From Bacillus subtilis subsp. subtilis str. 168 (lineage in GTDB: Bacteria > Bacillota > Bacilli > Bacillales > Bacillaceae): a DNA stretch of 64,000 nucleotides. Numbering within the stretch: the stretch's first letter is position 1; each line of letters opens with the position of its first letter. The stretch is taken from NCBI RefSeq assembly GCF_000009045.1, contig NC_000964.3:2108001-2172000 (forward strand). The letters are read 5' to 3'. Below the pieces are notes generated by a model. It searched no databases and was not told the DNA's origin. It saw only the letters and a list, made by a program, of their open reading frames with translations. Shown piece after piece: positions 46,266-54,111 of this stretch. A program made the translations under genes and the position numbers.

Positions 46266-46583
46266 TCATGTTTTATTGTGGCAGATATTAATATATTCCT
46301 TCAGGCTATTAACTGTTGAAATAATACACCCTCGAACCTCTTCAGGATCTTCAAAATCCATTTCATTTTGCAGAACAAATTCATCAAACTCAATCATGGC
46401 AAGAAAGCGATCGTCATTGGGTAGCTTATTAAAATCAATATTCTTTAATCTTGGAATACCTTTTTCCTTTATCCATTCAAGGAAGGGATAATCAACATCA
46501 TTCTTTGCTACTGCGATTTTTAAAAACTCATGAATATCAGAAGAGTTTTCAATATTGAAATAAATCATGAGACTTTCCTTCAT
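46266..46583 (-). CDS. yotG: Phage hypothetical protein
   Basis: 105 aa ORF. Confidence 0.78.
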   Translation of the reverse strand: MKESLMIYFNIENSSDIHEFLKIAVAKNDVDYPFLEWIKEKGIPRLKNIDFNKLPNDDRFLAMIEFDEFVLQNEMDFEDPEEVRGCIISTVNSLKEYINICHNKT

Positions 46584-46595
46584 AAGATCAAATAA

Positions 46596-46673
46596 TCACA
46601 ATAAAGTTTTATCAATGTTATTGTCTGATTTAATTTCAAAGTCTATATTAAACCAGGACATTACGTTCTCCAT
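46596..46673 (-). CDS. yotF: 25-aa phage microprotein or gene remnant
   Basis: MENVMSWFNIDFEIKSDNNIDKTLL behind AAGGAGGG. Confidence 0.55.
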   Translation of the reverse strand: MENVMSWFNIDFEIKSDNNIDKTLL

Positions 46674-46704
46674 TCAATCCCTCCTTGTACATCTAAACTA
46701 TTAC

Positions 46705-46851
46705 TCACTTGACTAACCCCCTTAAGCGTTCGACTTCTGCAACTAACCATTCTGCATAACTGATATGAATTTTTATCACCTTGGTTGATCTAAGTCGCCG
46801 AGACATTACTTCAACAAATTTTTTAACTTCTTCAAATTCAATCTCTTTCAT
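46705..46851 (-). CDS. yotE: 48-aa phage protein
   Basis: MKEIEFEEVKK...WLVAEVERLRGLVK. Confidence 0.65.
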   Translation of the reverse strand: MKEIEFEEVKKFVEVMSRRLRSTKVIKIHISYAEWLVAEVERLRGLVK

Positions 46852-46886
46852 TGAGTTTATCCCACTAAATGAAATCAACGTCTTAA

Positions 46887-47018
46887 TCAATCAAGTATCT
46901 TATTTTTTGGCTTTATATCGATTTCATCACAAGAAGGACATGAAAAATCTGAATTGTCACCTATCCAACTAAAATTGCATTCATTACAAGTCCAATCAAT
47001 TTGTTCTCTACTGTCCAT
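46887..47018 (-). CDS. yotD: 43-aa zinc-ribbon microprotein
   Basis: Hand-translated MDSREQIDWTCNECNFSWIGDNSDFSCPSCDEIDIKPKNKILD; AAAGAGGTG RBS. Confidence 0.75.
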   Translation of the reverse strand: MDSREQIDWTCNECNFSWIGDNSDFSCPSCDEIDIKPKNKILD

Positions 47019-47057
47019 TATAGCTACACCTCTTTCTTAATAAATTCAACATTTTAT

Positions 47058-47249
47058 CTACTTCCAATTGTAGTTCTCCTTTTCTTTCTCTGAATCACCT
47101 ATATGCGAAAGAATCCAATTATGATAACCCTCTTCTCCACAATTAGGGCAATCCATTTCAGATATAACCTTTAATGTGTTTATCATAGGATTTTTAGCAA
47201 ACAAGTGATGATTGCATTTTCTACAAAAAAACACAACTTCATTTTCCAT
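47058..47249 (-). CDS. yotC: 63-aa zinc-ribbon protein
   Basis: CRKC...CPNC. Confidence 0.8.
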   Translation of the reverse strand: MENEVVFFCRKCNHHLFAKNPMINTLKVISEMDCPNCGEEGYHNWILSHIGDSEKEKENYNWK

Positions 47250-47292
47250 GTCTCCCCTTCCCTTCTGTATAAAATTAGAATTTTAATTAAAT

Positions 47293-48120
47293 CTAAATCT
47301 CGAATGTTTTAAGCTCAAACGTTTTATATGAATCTACTTCTTCACCAGGTATCACATTGACACTCGGATAATTATCATAGTCATACGGGTATCCGATACA
47401 ATTCATGTGAAAGCTCGTTCCATCTTTGTCAAACTCAGCTTGTAAATGATCATGTCCACAAACCCAGTGTTTTGCGTTAATGAACGGGACATCAACCATG
47501 TAGCATGTATTAGGCTCAAATGGAGAATAAGGATTGTGAACAGGTGGAACATGTGAGACAAATACATCAACTTGTGTATTTTCAAGCGTTTCATACCAAT
47601 CCATTGATTCTTTCCACATCGCTCTTACACCATCTACTTTGTTATAACCATTAAGCCAAATGTAATTAGAATCGTTAGATACTCCTTTAAAGAAGTCCCA
47701 TCCTTCGATTCCTTTTGGAAGGTACCACATTACATCTCCTGCAAAGACTTTTCCTTTGTATGTTTCAGTTGTCTTAATTAATGGTGTTACATTTTTCATG
47801 TCAGCAGCTTTTTGAATTAGATCATTCAACCTGCCTAACGAGTCTGAGTATTTCCTTTTTTGGCTCTTGCTAAGTAAATAAAGATCATGATTACCATATG
47901 TAAAGTAAACCTTCTCGTATTGCTTTGCTGCCTCATCTAAAACCCATAAAGTTTGTTGATTCCATTCAGTAAAATCGCCGGCAATGACCAATACCTCCCC
48001 ATTACCGTTTGAGATTAACCTATTTACAATTTCTCTTGTTCGCTTCTCCCACTTAATCTGATTTACATTCCAAGGAATCCAATGATTTATATGGAGATCT
48101 GAAACATAATCAATTTTCAT
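47293..48120 (-). CDS. yotB: Calcineurin-like metallophosphoesterase
   Basis: SDLH, AGDF, GNHD, SHVPP, GHDH motifs; ATG 48120 behind AAAGGTGGAG. Confidence 0.88.
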
Positions 48121-48163
48121 TTTGTCTCCACCTTTCTTAATGAAAAATTTATTTCTTTGGCGT

Positions 48164-48192
48164 GTATAAATTAAAATAATCTCTCCATAATA
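48164..48192 (+). promoter_or_regulatory. SigG-type promoter of sspC
   Basis: GTATA-N17-CATAATA. Confidence 0.8.
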
Positions 48193-48238
48193 TGATTCAA
48201 ACAAGCTTGTTTTCATTACACTTTAGGAGATGAATAAG

Positions 48239-48457
48239 ATGGCTCAACAAAGTAGATCAAGATCAAACAACAATAATGATTTACTAATTCCTCAAGCAGC
48301 TTCAGCTATTGAACAAATGAAACTTGAAATAGCTTCTGAGTTTGGTGTTCAATTAGGCGCTGAGACTACATCTCGTGCAAACGGTTCAGTTGGTGGAGAA
48401 ATCACTAAACGTTTAGTTCGCTTAGCTCAACAAAACATGGGCGGTCAATTTCATTAA
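48239..48457 (+). CDS. sspC: Alpha/beta-type small acid-soluble spore protein C
   Basis: [10 protein letters not shown] and [21 protein letters not shown] signature. Confidence 0.97.
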   Translation: MAQQSRSRSNNNNDLLIPQAASAIEQMKLEIASEFGVQLGAETTSRANGSVGGEITKRLVRLAQQNMGGQFH

Positions 48458-48461
48458 TTTA

Positions 48462-48488
48462 TGAGGGGGATAATTCCCCTCTCTTTTT
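48462..48488 (+). terminator. Terminator after sspC
   Basis: GAGGGGG-ATAATT-CCCCTC then a T-run. Confidence 0.8.
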
Positions 48489-48647
48489 TAAGTCTTCTCT
48501 AAATCCATACAGAACTAATGGTATTGTTTCCACCTCTTTTTATGTCACTAACTACTATTATTAAGCTCCTCGACTTGCACTGTGTAATGTCTGTACCATT
48601 TTATTGCCTCCTTTGATTAGCCACTCTATAAATTGCGTTCTCTTCAT

Positions 48648-48713
48648 TTAGAATATATCCAGCGCTCCGTCACAATAAGAACATTTGCCACTACCCTCTT
48701 CACATGTACACAT
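48648..48713 (-). CDS. Putative 21-aa Cys-rich microprotein or remnant MCTCEEGSGKCSYCDGALDIF
   Basis: Hand-translated; GGAGGTG RBS upstream. Confidence 0.45.
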   Translation of the reverse strand: MCTCEEGSGKCSYCDGALDIF

Positions 48714-48756
48714 ATATTTGTCACCTCCAATTTCGCTACCGTCAACTGACAACTCC

Positions 48757-49110
48757 TCAGATATCATTTAATTGTTGTTTCAGCTCAAAGAATTCATCAT
48801 GAAGAAATTTAAATTTATCCTTATTTACGTATGCTTTGTCATCATTAAGATCAAAGAGATCTAAGTACTTTCTTTTATTTCTTTTAATAATTCGTAAAGC
48901 AATAGTGGCACTTACCCACTCTTCACCTTCCAATTGGGTTAAGACTTCACTTAGCTCGAATAACAATTCAAGCTTAGCTTTGTTTTGCTGTGTTTCGAGT
49001 TTTAACAGATCCCTTTGTTTTTCAAGTAAAGTTGTTTCAATTTGGTATTTCTTTTTCTCTAAGGCTGTTATCTGTTCGTTGGTGTTATGTATTTTGTCTC
49101 CTACTTCCAA
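48757..49110 (-). CDS. yosX: Phage coiled-coil protein
   Basis: 117 aa, TTG behind AAGGAGGTG. Confidence 0.82.
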
Positions 49111-49221
49111 TGAATCACCTCCTTAAAGTTTGAATAAAATATTAGTTTTAAAAAATGTATATTTTTTGTTTTTGTATATTAGATAAAAAAACTGTCATTT
49201 CATCATCTTCTATTATTATAT

Positions 49222-49247
49222 TATACATATTATTTGTATTTGTCTAT
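49222..49247 (-). promoter_or_regulatory. Repeated phage promoter element (probably SPBRE), copy 1
   Basis: Minus strand ATAGACAAATACAAATAATATGTATA with a TAGACA -35-like hexamer and TATAAT downstream; 25/26 identical to 62277-62302. Confidence 0.75.
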
Positions 49248-49340
49248 AGTTATTTTATTTTCATTCTTAAATCCATTTACTTAGCCCTGACAAATGCTAA
49301 AAGGGCTTGAGCCGTATAATGAGTGCAGCTAAACACAATT

Positions 49341-49754
49341 TCACATTATATGAAAAATAATACTCAAAGCAAAGATAAGGTTCCCAAAGACATAAGCCAA
49401 ATAAATATACCTACTATGGCTCACTGTTTCGCCCTCCAACACGTCTAAAACCTTAAACATGCTTAGGACTGTGTATATAACTGAAAATGCTGTCCAACAG
49501 AGTATAAGGATATTTTCATGCATAATTAAACCGTTATATGCCAAGGGGATGATTAAAGAACTCCCCTTAAGCAAAGTAAACAGGTAAATTAAATTCTTAT
49601 TTCGTTTCGCATCTTCTGGAGTTGAATTATCAAGCACACTCTTTACTTTTATATACGTATTGCTTTCCCCTCGCATAATCAACCTGACCTCATTAATGTT
49701 TAATACAATTAGATAAGCTGATAGAAATAAAGTTACATATGTTATAGTAAACAT
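49341..49754 (-). CDS. yosW: Phage membrane protein (about 4 TM); start uncertain
   Basis: Hydrophobic ORF followed by a hairpin at about 49283-49308. Confidence 0.72.
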
Positions 49755-49828
49755 CTCCTAATTTTATATTTGTGTTGGGTTGGCTTTTACTCACCCTCAA
49801 ACTCTATACCGTTAATATTTGCTTTTAT

Positions 49829-50119
49829 TCAAATAGCTCCCCCTTTAAAATCATTCACTTGATCAGCAATGTTTTCTTTAATTGTATGTGGCAACTGATC
49901 AATCCCTTTTATAATCCGTTTCTGACCAGTTTTCCTAATTTTTGTAGTCATCTCTTTAAAACACTCTAAAGCAGTATCTGAGATTTCATCATATAGCCCC
50001 TGAATTTTCACTAATACACTTAAATATTCTTCGTCACCTTCTTCAAATAGCGACAACCCTTCTTCAAGTTTGTTGATCTTTTCAACACTCTTTATTATTT
50101 TATTTTTATCCTTAAACAA
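49829..50119 (-). CDS. yosV: Phage hypothetical protein
   Basis: 96 aa, TTG start behind GGTGGGGG. Confidence 0.78.
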   Translation of the reverse strand: MFKDKNKIIKSVEKINKLEEGLSLFEEGDEEYLSVLVKIQGLYDEISDTALECFKEMTTKIRKTGQKRIIKGIDQLPHTIKENIADQVNDFKGGAI

Positions 50120-50332
50120 TTAATCCCCCACCCAGTTTTGGTCATGCATCTTCATGAAGTTAGCTGCTGCCTTCTTGTATCTCAGGTCTTTCTCGTACTC
50201 AGCAACTTGTCTCATATGTTCAATAAATTCATCTTCAAGTCCTTGTAACTGAAGAAACCCAAAGCAAAGACCGTTCCTATAAAGCATGTCGTCATATTTC
50301 GCTTGTAAATCTCTTTCTTTGCTGTTAATAAT
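50120..50332 (-). CDS. yojW: Phage hypothetical protein, 70 aa from ATT (55 aa from internal ATG 50287)
   Basis: Hand-translated ...MLYRNGLCFGFLQLQGLEDEF...NWVGD; AAGGAGG sits before ATT 50332; gene symbol recalled tentatively. Confidence 0.6.
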   Translation of the reverse strand: MINSKERDLQAKYDDMLYRNGLCFGFLQLQGLEDEFIEHMRQVAEYEKDLRYKKAAANFMKMHDQNWVGD

Positions 50333-50438
50333 CTCTTCCTCCTTAAATATTAGATAAAAGTATTCTTTTATTCGGAAATATTTCCAACAAAAATCTTTTA
50401 TGGTAAATTAAAAACAATGTATTTAAAGGAGTGTTAAT

Positions 50439-50684
50439 TTGCGAAAAATATTAAAAATCGTTAGCTTACTGATTCTATTGTTATTATTGGTTTATTCTTT
50501 CTTCAGTCCTAATTCACAATTATTTGTGTTCGTTCAGCTAATCATAATTGCATTTTTGATTGGTTTTGGAATTAACTGTTTTGTTAAAAAAGAACGATAC
50601 CAAGGTACTCTATACTTCGTAATTGCAATATGCAACATTACCATTAATCTTGATAAAATAAACGAGTTAATTCAGAGCATTTAA
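50439..50684 (+). CDS. yosU: Small 3-TM membrane protein, inverted relative to neighbours
   Basis: 81 aa, TTG behind AAAGGAG; hairpin 50696-50727 shared with yosT. Confidence 0.78.
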   Translation: MRKILKIVSLLILLLLLVYSFFSPNSQLFVFVQLIIIAFLIGFGINCFVKKERYQGTLYFVIAICNITINLDKINELIQSI

Positions 50685-50723
50685 CTTATACATATATAGG
50701 AGGTGGGAAATTACCCACCTTCT

Positions 50724-51173
50724 TTATTGGATAGGAACTAATACTTCACATAAGTGATTATCAATCATTTGTGAAGTATATCTCTCTATAATTGGTTCTC
50801 CTCTCATAGTTAGACTATTTTTTTCTATTTCAGAGAAAATATTGCCCCAAAATTCACTTACTGCCTCTTTTGTATGGTCAAGCAAGAAAACAGCGTATTT
50901 CCCTCCAGGTAACTTACCAACTTGAGCTGGTTGCAGCACATTAAAATCTTCATTTAATACAACACCAACATCATAACGGCATTCCTCTTTAGGAGTAATA
51001 CTTGGATCATCTTGTGGAATTCCTAAAATTACAGAGTTATGAAATACACCATTCAACTGTGCCCACTTTTTAAAAGATTCCATTAGTTCTTTGTTTTGCT
51101 TACCACCATACTCTCCAACGTTTCGGAAATAAGCAATCCTTAATTCAGGTAATTCTTCAATAGTTATTTTCAT
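50724..51173 (-). CDS. yosT: GyrI-like / AraC effector-binding domain protein
   Basis: IAYFRNVGEYG, DDPSITPKEECRYD, LPGGKYAVF, IERY. Confidence 0.85.
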   Translation of the reverse strand: MKITIEELPELRIAYFRNVGEYGGKQNKELMESFKKWAQLNGVFHNSVILGIPQDDPSITPKEECRYDVGVVLNEDFNVLQPAQVGKLPGGKYAVFLLDHTKEAVSEFWGNIFSEIEKNSLTMRGEPIIERYTSQMIDNHLCEVLVPIQ

Positions 51174-51267
51174 ATTTTAATCCCCTTTCCTAGAAAAAGG
51201 TAATATGATTAAAAATGTTTTTCAAGATGACTTTTAAAATAATCTATATTTCAAATACAAAATCCAA

Positions 51268-51696
51268 TTACTTCGTTCCAGTTGATCCGTGCCCACCTCG
51301 GTCACCGTTGCCTAGACGGTCTACCTCGATCAAGTCAACTGCCGGCATCTTCTTCATAATTCTGAACTGGCAGATTCGATCCCCTTTCTTAATCTTTGTG
51401 TCACGTAACGCATAAGCAGGAAAGAACCAAAAATCGTTGTCACCCTTATAAGACTCATCGATAACACCCATTGAGTTTGTTTGAATCACACCAAAGTTCT
51501 TATACGTACTCGAACGAGGAACGACATGTGCTTCGTAACCTTCAGGCAATTCCATGGCCACTCCCAATGGAACAAGTTTAAATTCATCTTTTTTGATCGC
51601 TACATCTTCAGCTGCACGAAGATCAATCCAATCACCTTGCTCCATTTTGTTAATTCTTGTTTGTGTTTCATCTAAGTATTTGATTTTAATTTGCAT
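51268..51696 (-). CDS. yosS: Trimeric dUTPase
   Basis: [30 protein letters not shown] motifs. Confidence 0.95.
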   Translation of the reverse strand: MQIKIKYLDETQTRINKMEQGDWIDLRAAEDVAIKKDEFKLVPLGVAMELPEGYEAHVVPRSSTYKNFGVIQTNSMGVIDESYKGDNDFWFFPAYALRDTKIKKGDRICQFRIMKKMPAVDLIEVDRLGNGDRGGHGSTGTK

Positions 51697-51741
51697 TATG
51701 TATTAGCTCCTTTTAATTCAAGTTTGTTTAAAATTACCCTT

Positions 51742-51984
51742 TTATCGTAATTCCTTTAGTAACTCATCAAGTTCATTAGGCTTAAAACCAACACTTCGGT
51801 TTACTTCTTCTCCCTGATCACTCAGCAGAATGGTTACCGGTACTCCCATGACACCAAATCTTGCTGCTACTTCTGGTTCCTGTGTAACGTCAACAGTCTC
51901 AAATTGAATATTTACTTGTTCTAAGTAATTGGACACCATTTTACATGGATTGCAATTAGGCTGCTCTAATTTAATTAATCTCAT
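51742..51984 (-). CDS. yosR: Thioredoxin/NrdH-like redoxin
   Basis: CNPC active site, GVP cis-Pro; ATG 51984 overlaps the nrdF stop. Confidence 0.9.
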
Positions 51985-53778
51985 TGAATACATCCTTTCT
52001 CGGTAAAAATGAAATCTGAATCCTTTAAAGGCTCCACTGTTGCTTTTTTGTATCCATTCCCTTTAGTTGAAAAGAAGTCATGGGATTTAGTCTTAGTGTT
52101 CAAACCATTGATAACAATTGGATTAACATCCTCTTCTTCAAACCAATGATCAAAGCCCAGATTGTTTAAAGCTTTATTTGCGTTGTATCTGATGAATTTC
52201 TTTACATCTGGAGCTAATCCAACCTGATCATAGACATCTTCTGTATACTCCAATTCATTTTCGTAAAGTTCCTGCAGTAAGTTTAAAGCCCATGCGTACA
52301 GTTCTTTTTGCTTCTGTGGCGTTTGCTTCTTATAAATCTCTTGAGCTAACAATCCTACATATACGCCATGTATCGCTTCGTCTCTAATACCCTTAGTTCA
52401 ACCGAGTTCGCTACTTTCGGTTCGTTGCTCTGTCGCAACCGCCTTACGTTACCGTAAGGAGCAGACTATATCATCATCCCTGTAGGATGCCTCCCGTTTC
52501 GATTTAAGGGGTTCTCACCCACGCCAATAGCTTGCGCCCTACTCGTTTTGCGGAATTTCGCCGCCTATGCGATAGTCGTTGAACGTTCTATGCGATCCCA
52601 TAAAGTCTTCCATCTTCTTTTATGTCGAATTAGACTAACGTAACGAGGATGAAGGCTGTATTTTTCACCAGCTTCAACATTGTTCATTCCAGCAATCAAA
52701 TCATAGATTAAATTTGTTGCCTCCATATTAGTGAGCTTTGACATTGAATTACTTTCTCCAGGTTGTCCTGACATTAATCCAATTTTCATTGCATGTAGAG
52801 TATTTTCTTTAGGTGTAACTATTTCTAAGTTCCGAACGTGGTTGTTTAGTTTATTTCCATCTATGTGGTTTACAAACATTCCTTTTGGTATATCATAAAT
52901 AAAATATTTTGCGACTAACCTATGTACTAAATAGTTCTGTGTTCCTTTTTTCGGATGCGTGTATCCTATCATTTCATAGCCATGTGGAGTAATAAATGTC
53001 TTTCTTGGTTTCTTTAATTTTTTTGATATGATAACTCCCGTTTCCGTTATCCACCAAGGTGCTTCTTCGACTTCTTTCCTTATCATTTTCACCTCCTTTG
53101 GGTTCGCATAGCTTCGCTGCTGATTGTCCTAATAAGGATTTTCCAGCAATTAGAGAGGTTCACATTTGCCGTTGCCGACAAAAGGGACTATTAAATAATC
53201 AGGTTAATGATCTCTCCACTTTGCATTAACTTTCCTTGTCCATAAAAATAAAGTGGGTAATAAAACCCTGAGTAGAAAAGAAAACTCTCCAGGAACACAG
53301 ATGCAACCATTCCTTTAAATAAAGAAATTTCATCGTTTTTCTTGATTGTTTTATAGACTGAAACAATTGTTCTAGCTTTCTTTTGAAGAAACCTATTGTT
53401 TTTCACCCATTCAAAGACTTCATTGATCTGCTCGGTTGGAGCCAATGTTAGAAAGATGTTGCTGTAAGACTTTGCATGAACAGCATTTTCCATCATGGCC
53501 ATGAAATTTAAAACTGCCTTTCTTTGATGTCCATCTACGTGTTCAGCCACGATCGGCATCCCCGTATTCCCCTGCTCTGTATCAAGAAGCGTAAGTCCGG
53601 CCAGTACCTTCATATAAGTGTCCTGCTCATTTTTTCCGAGGTACTTCCATGTGAGGAGATCGCCGTTTAAAGCAATCTCTTCCGGAAGCCAGAACTGTTT
53701 CACGTTTTGGTTATAGAACATTTGGGTAAAATCGTCTTCATGCTTTGACCAGTTTGCTGCGTCATAAATTTTTGTCAA
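51981..53778 (-). CDS. nrdF: Class Ib ribonucleotide reductase beta subunit, spliced: join(53778-53198, 52389-51981), 329 aa
   Basis: Joined exons read [17 protein letters not shown]; [25 protein letters not shown]. Confidence 0.94.
52390..53197 (-). mobile_element. Group I intron (808 bp) in phage nrdF
   Basis: 5' exon ends in U, intron ends in G; R-like CAACGACTA and S-like GATATAGTC elements; removal restores the frame. Confidence 0.92.
52565..53086 (-). CDS. yosQ: Intron-encoded HNH homing endonuclease
   Basis: VHRLVA...[17 protein letters not shown]; ATG 53086 behind AAAGGAGGTG. Confidence 0.92.
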
Positions 53779-53892
53779 TTAATCATGTCCTTTCAATTGA
53801 AATATTTTTTTCCGAAAAAAATGCAGTGAATTTAAAAGCTGAATTGACAGACTCCTATATTACTGTCAAACATTCGAAAGGAATGAAAGACA

Positions 53893-54111
53893 GTGAATTT
53901 TTTAGATAACCTTATATCTTTGTTAGAGAGTACAGTCATTTCAACTGGATGGTTGTGTGATAGGCTTTTATCATGTTTAATCGAATATATTTTGAAGCTT
54001 ATATTTGGTTTACTTTGTAATGCTCTTATGAGAAAATTTAACAAAATTAAGTGCAAACGACGTCCGGGAGATCCTGTTAATTTTGAACCAAAACGTAAAC
54101 GTACCTATTAA
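53893..54111 (+). CDS. Putative 72-aa protein antisense to the nrdE-nrdF spacer
   Basis: GTG behind AAAGGAATG; hydrophobic middle and basic tail; stop overlaps the nrdE stop in TTAA. Confidence 0.45.
   Translation: MNFLDNLISLLESTVISTGWLCDRLLSCLIEYILKLIFGLLCNALMRKFNKIKCKRRPGDPVNFEPKRKRTY

Noticed and set aside
46781-46972. + strand ORF opposite yotE/yotD (similarly 46150-46491, 48836-49126, 60524-60817, 61063-61371)
   Set aside because: Antisense shadows of better-supported minus-strand genes with RBSs.
53832-54056. 74-aa minus-strand ORF in the nrdE-nrdF spacer
   Set aside because: No convincing RBS; the opposite-strand ORF has better initiation signals. Not fully excluded.
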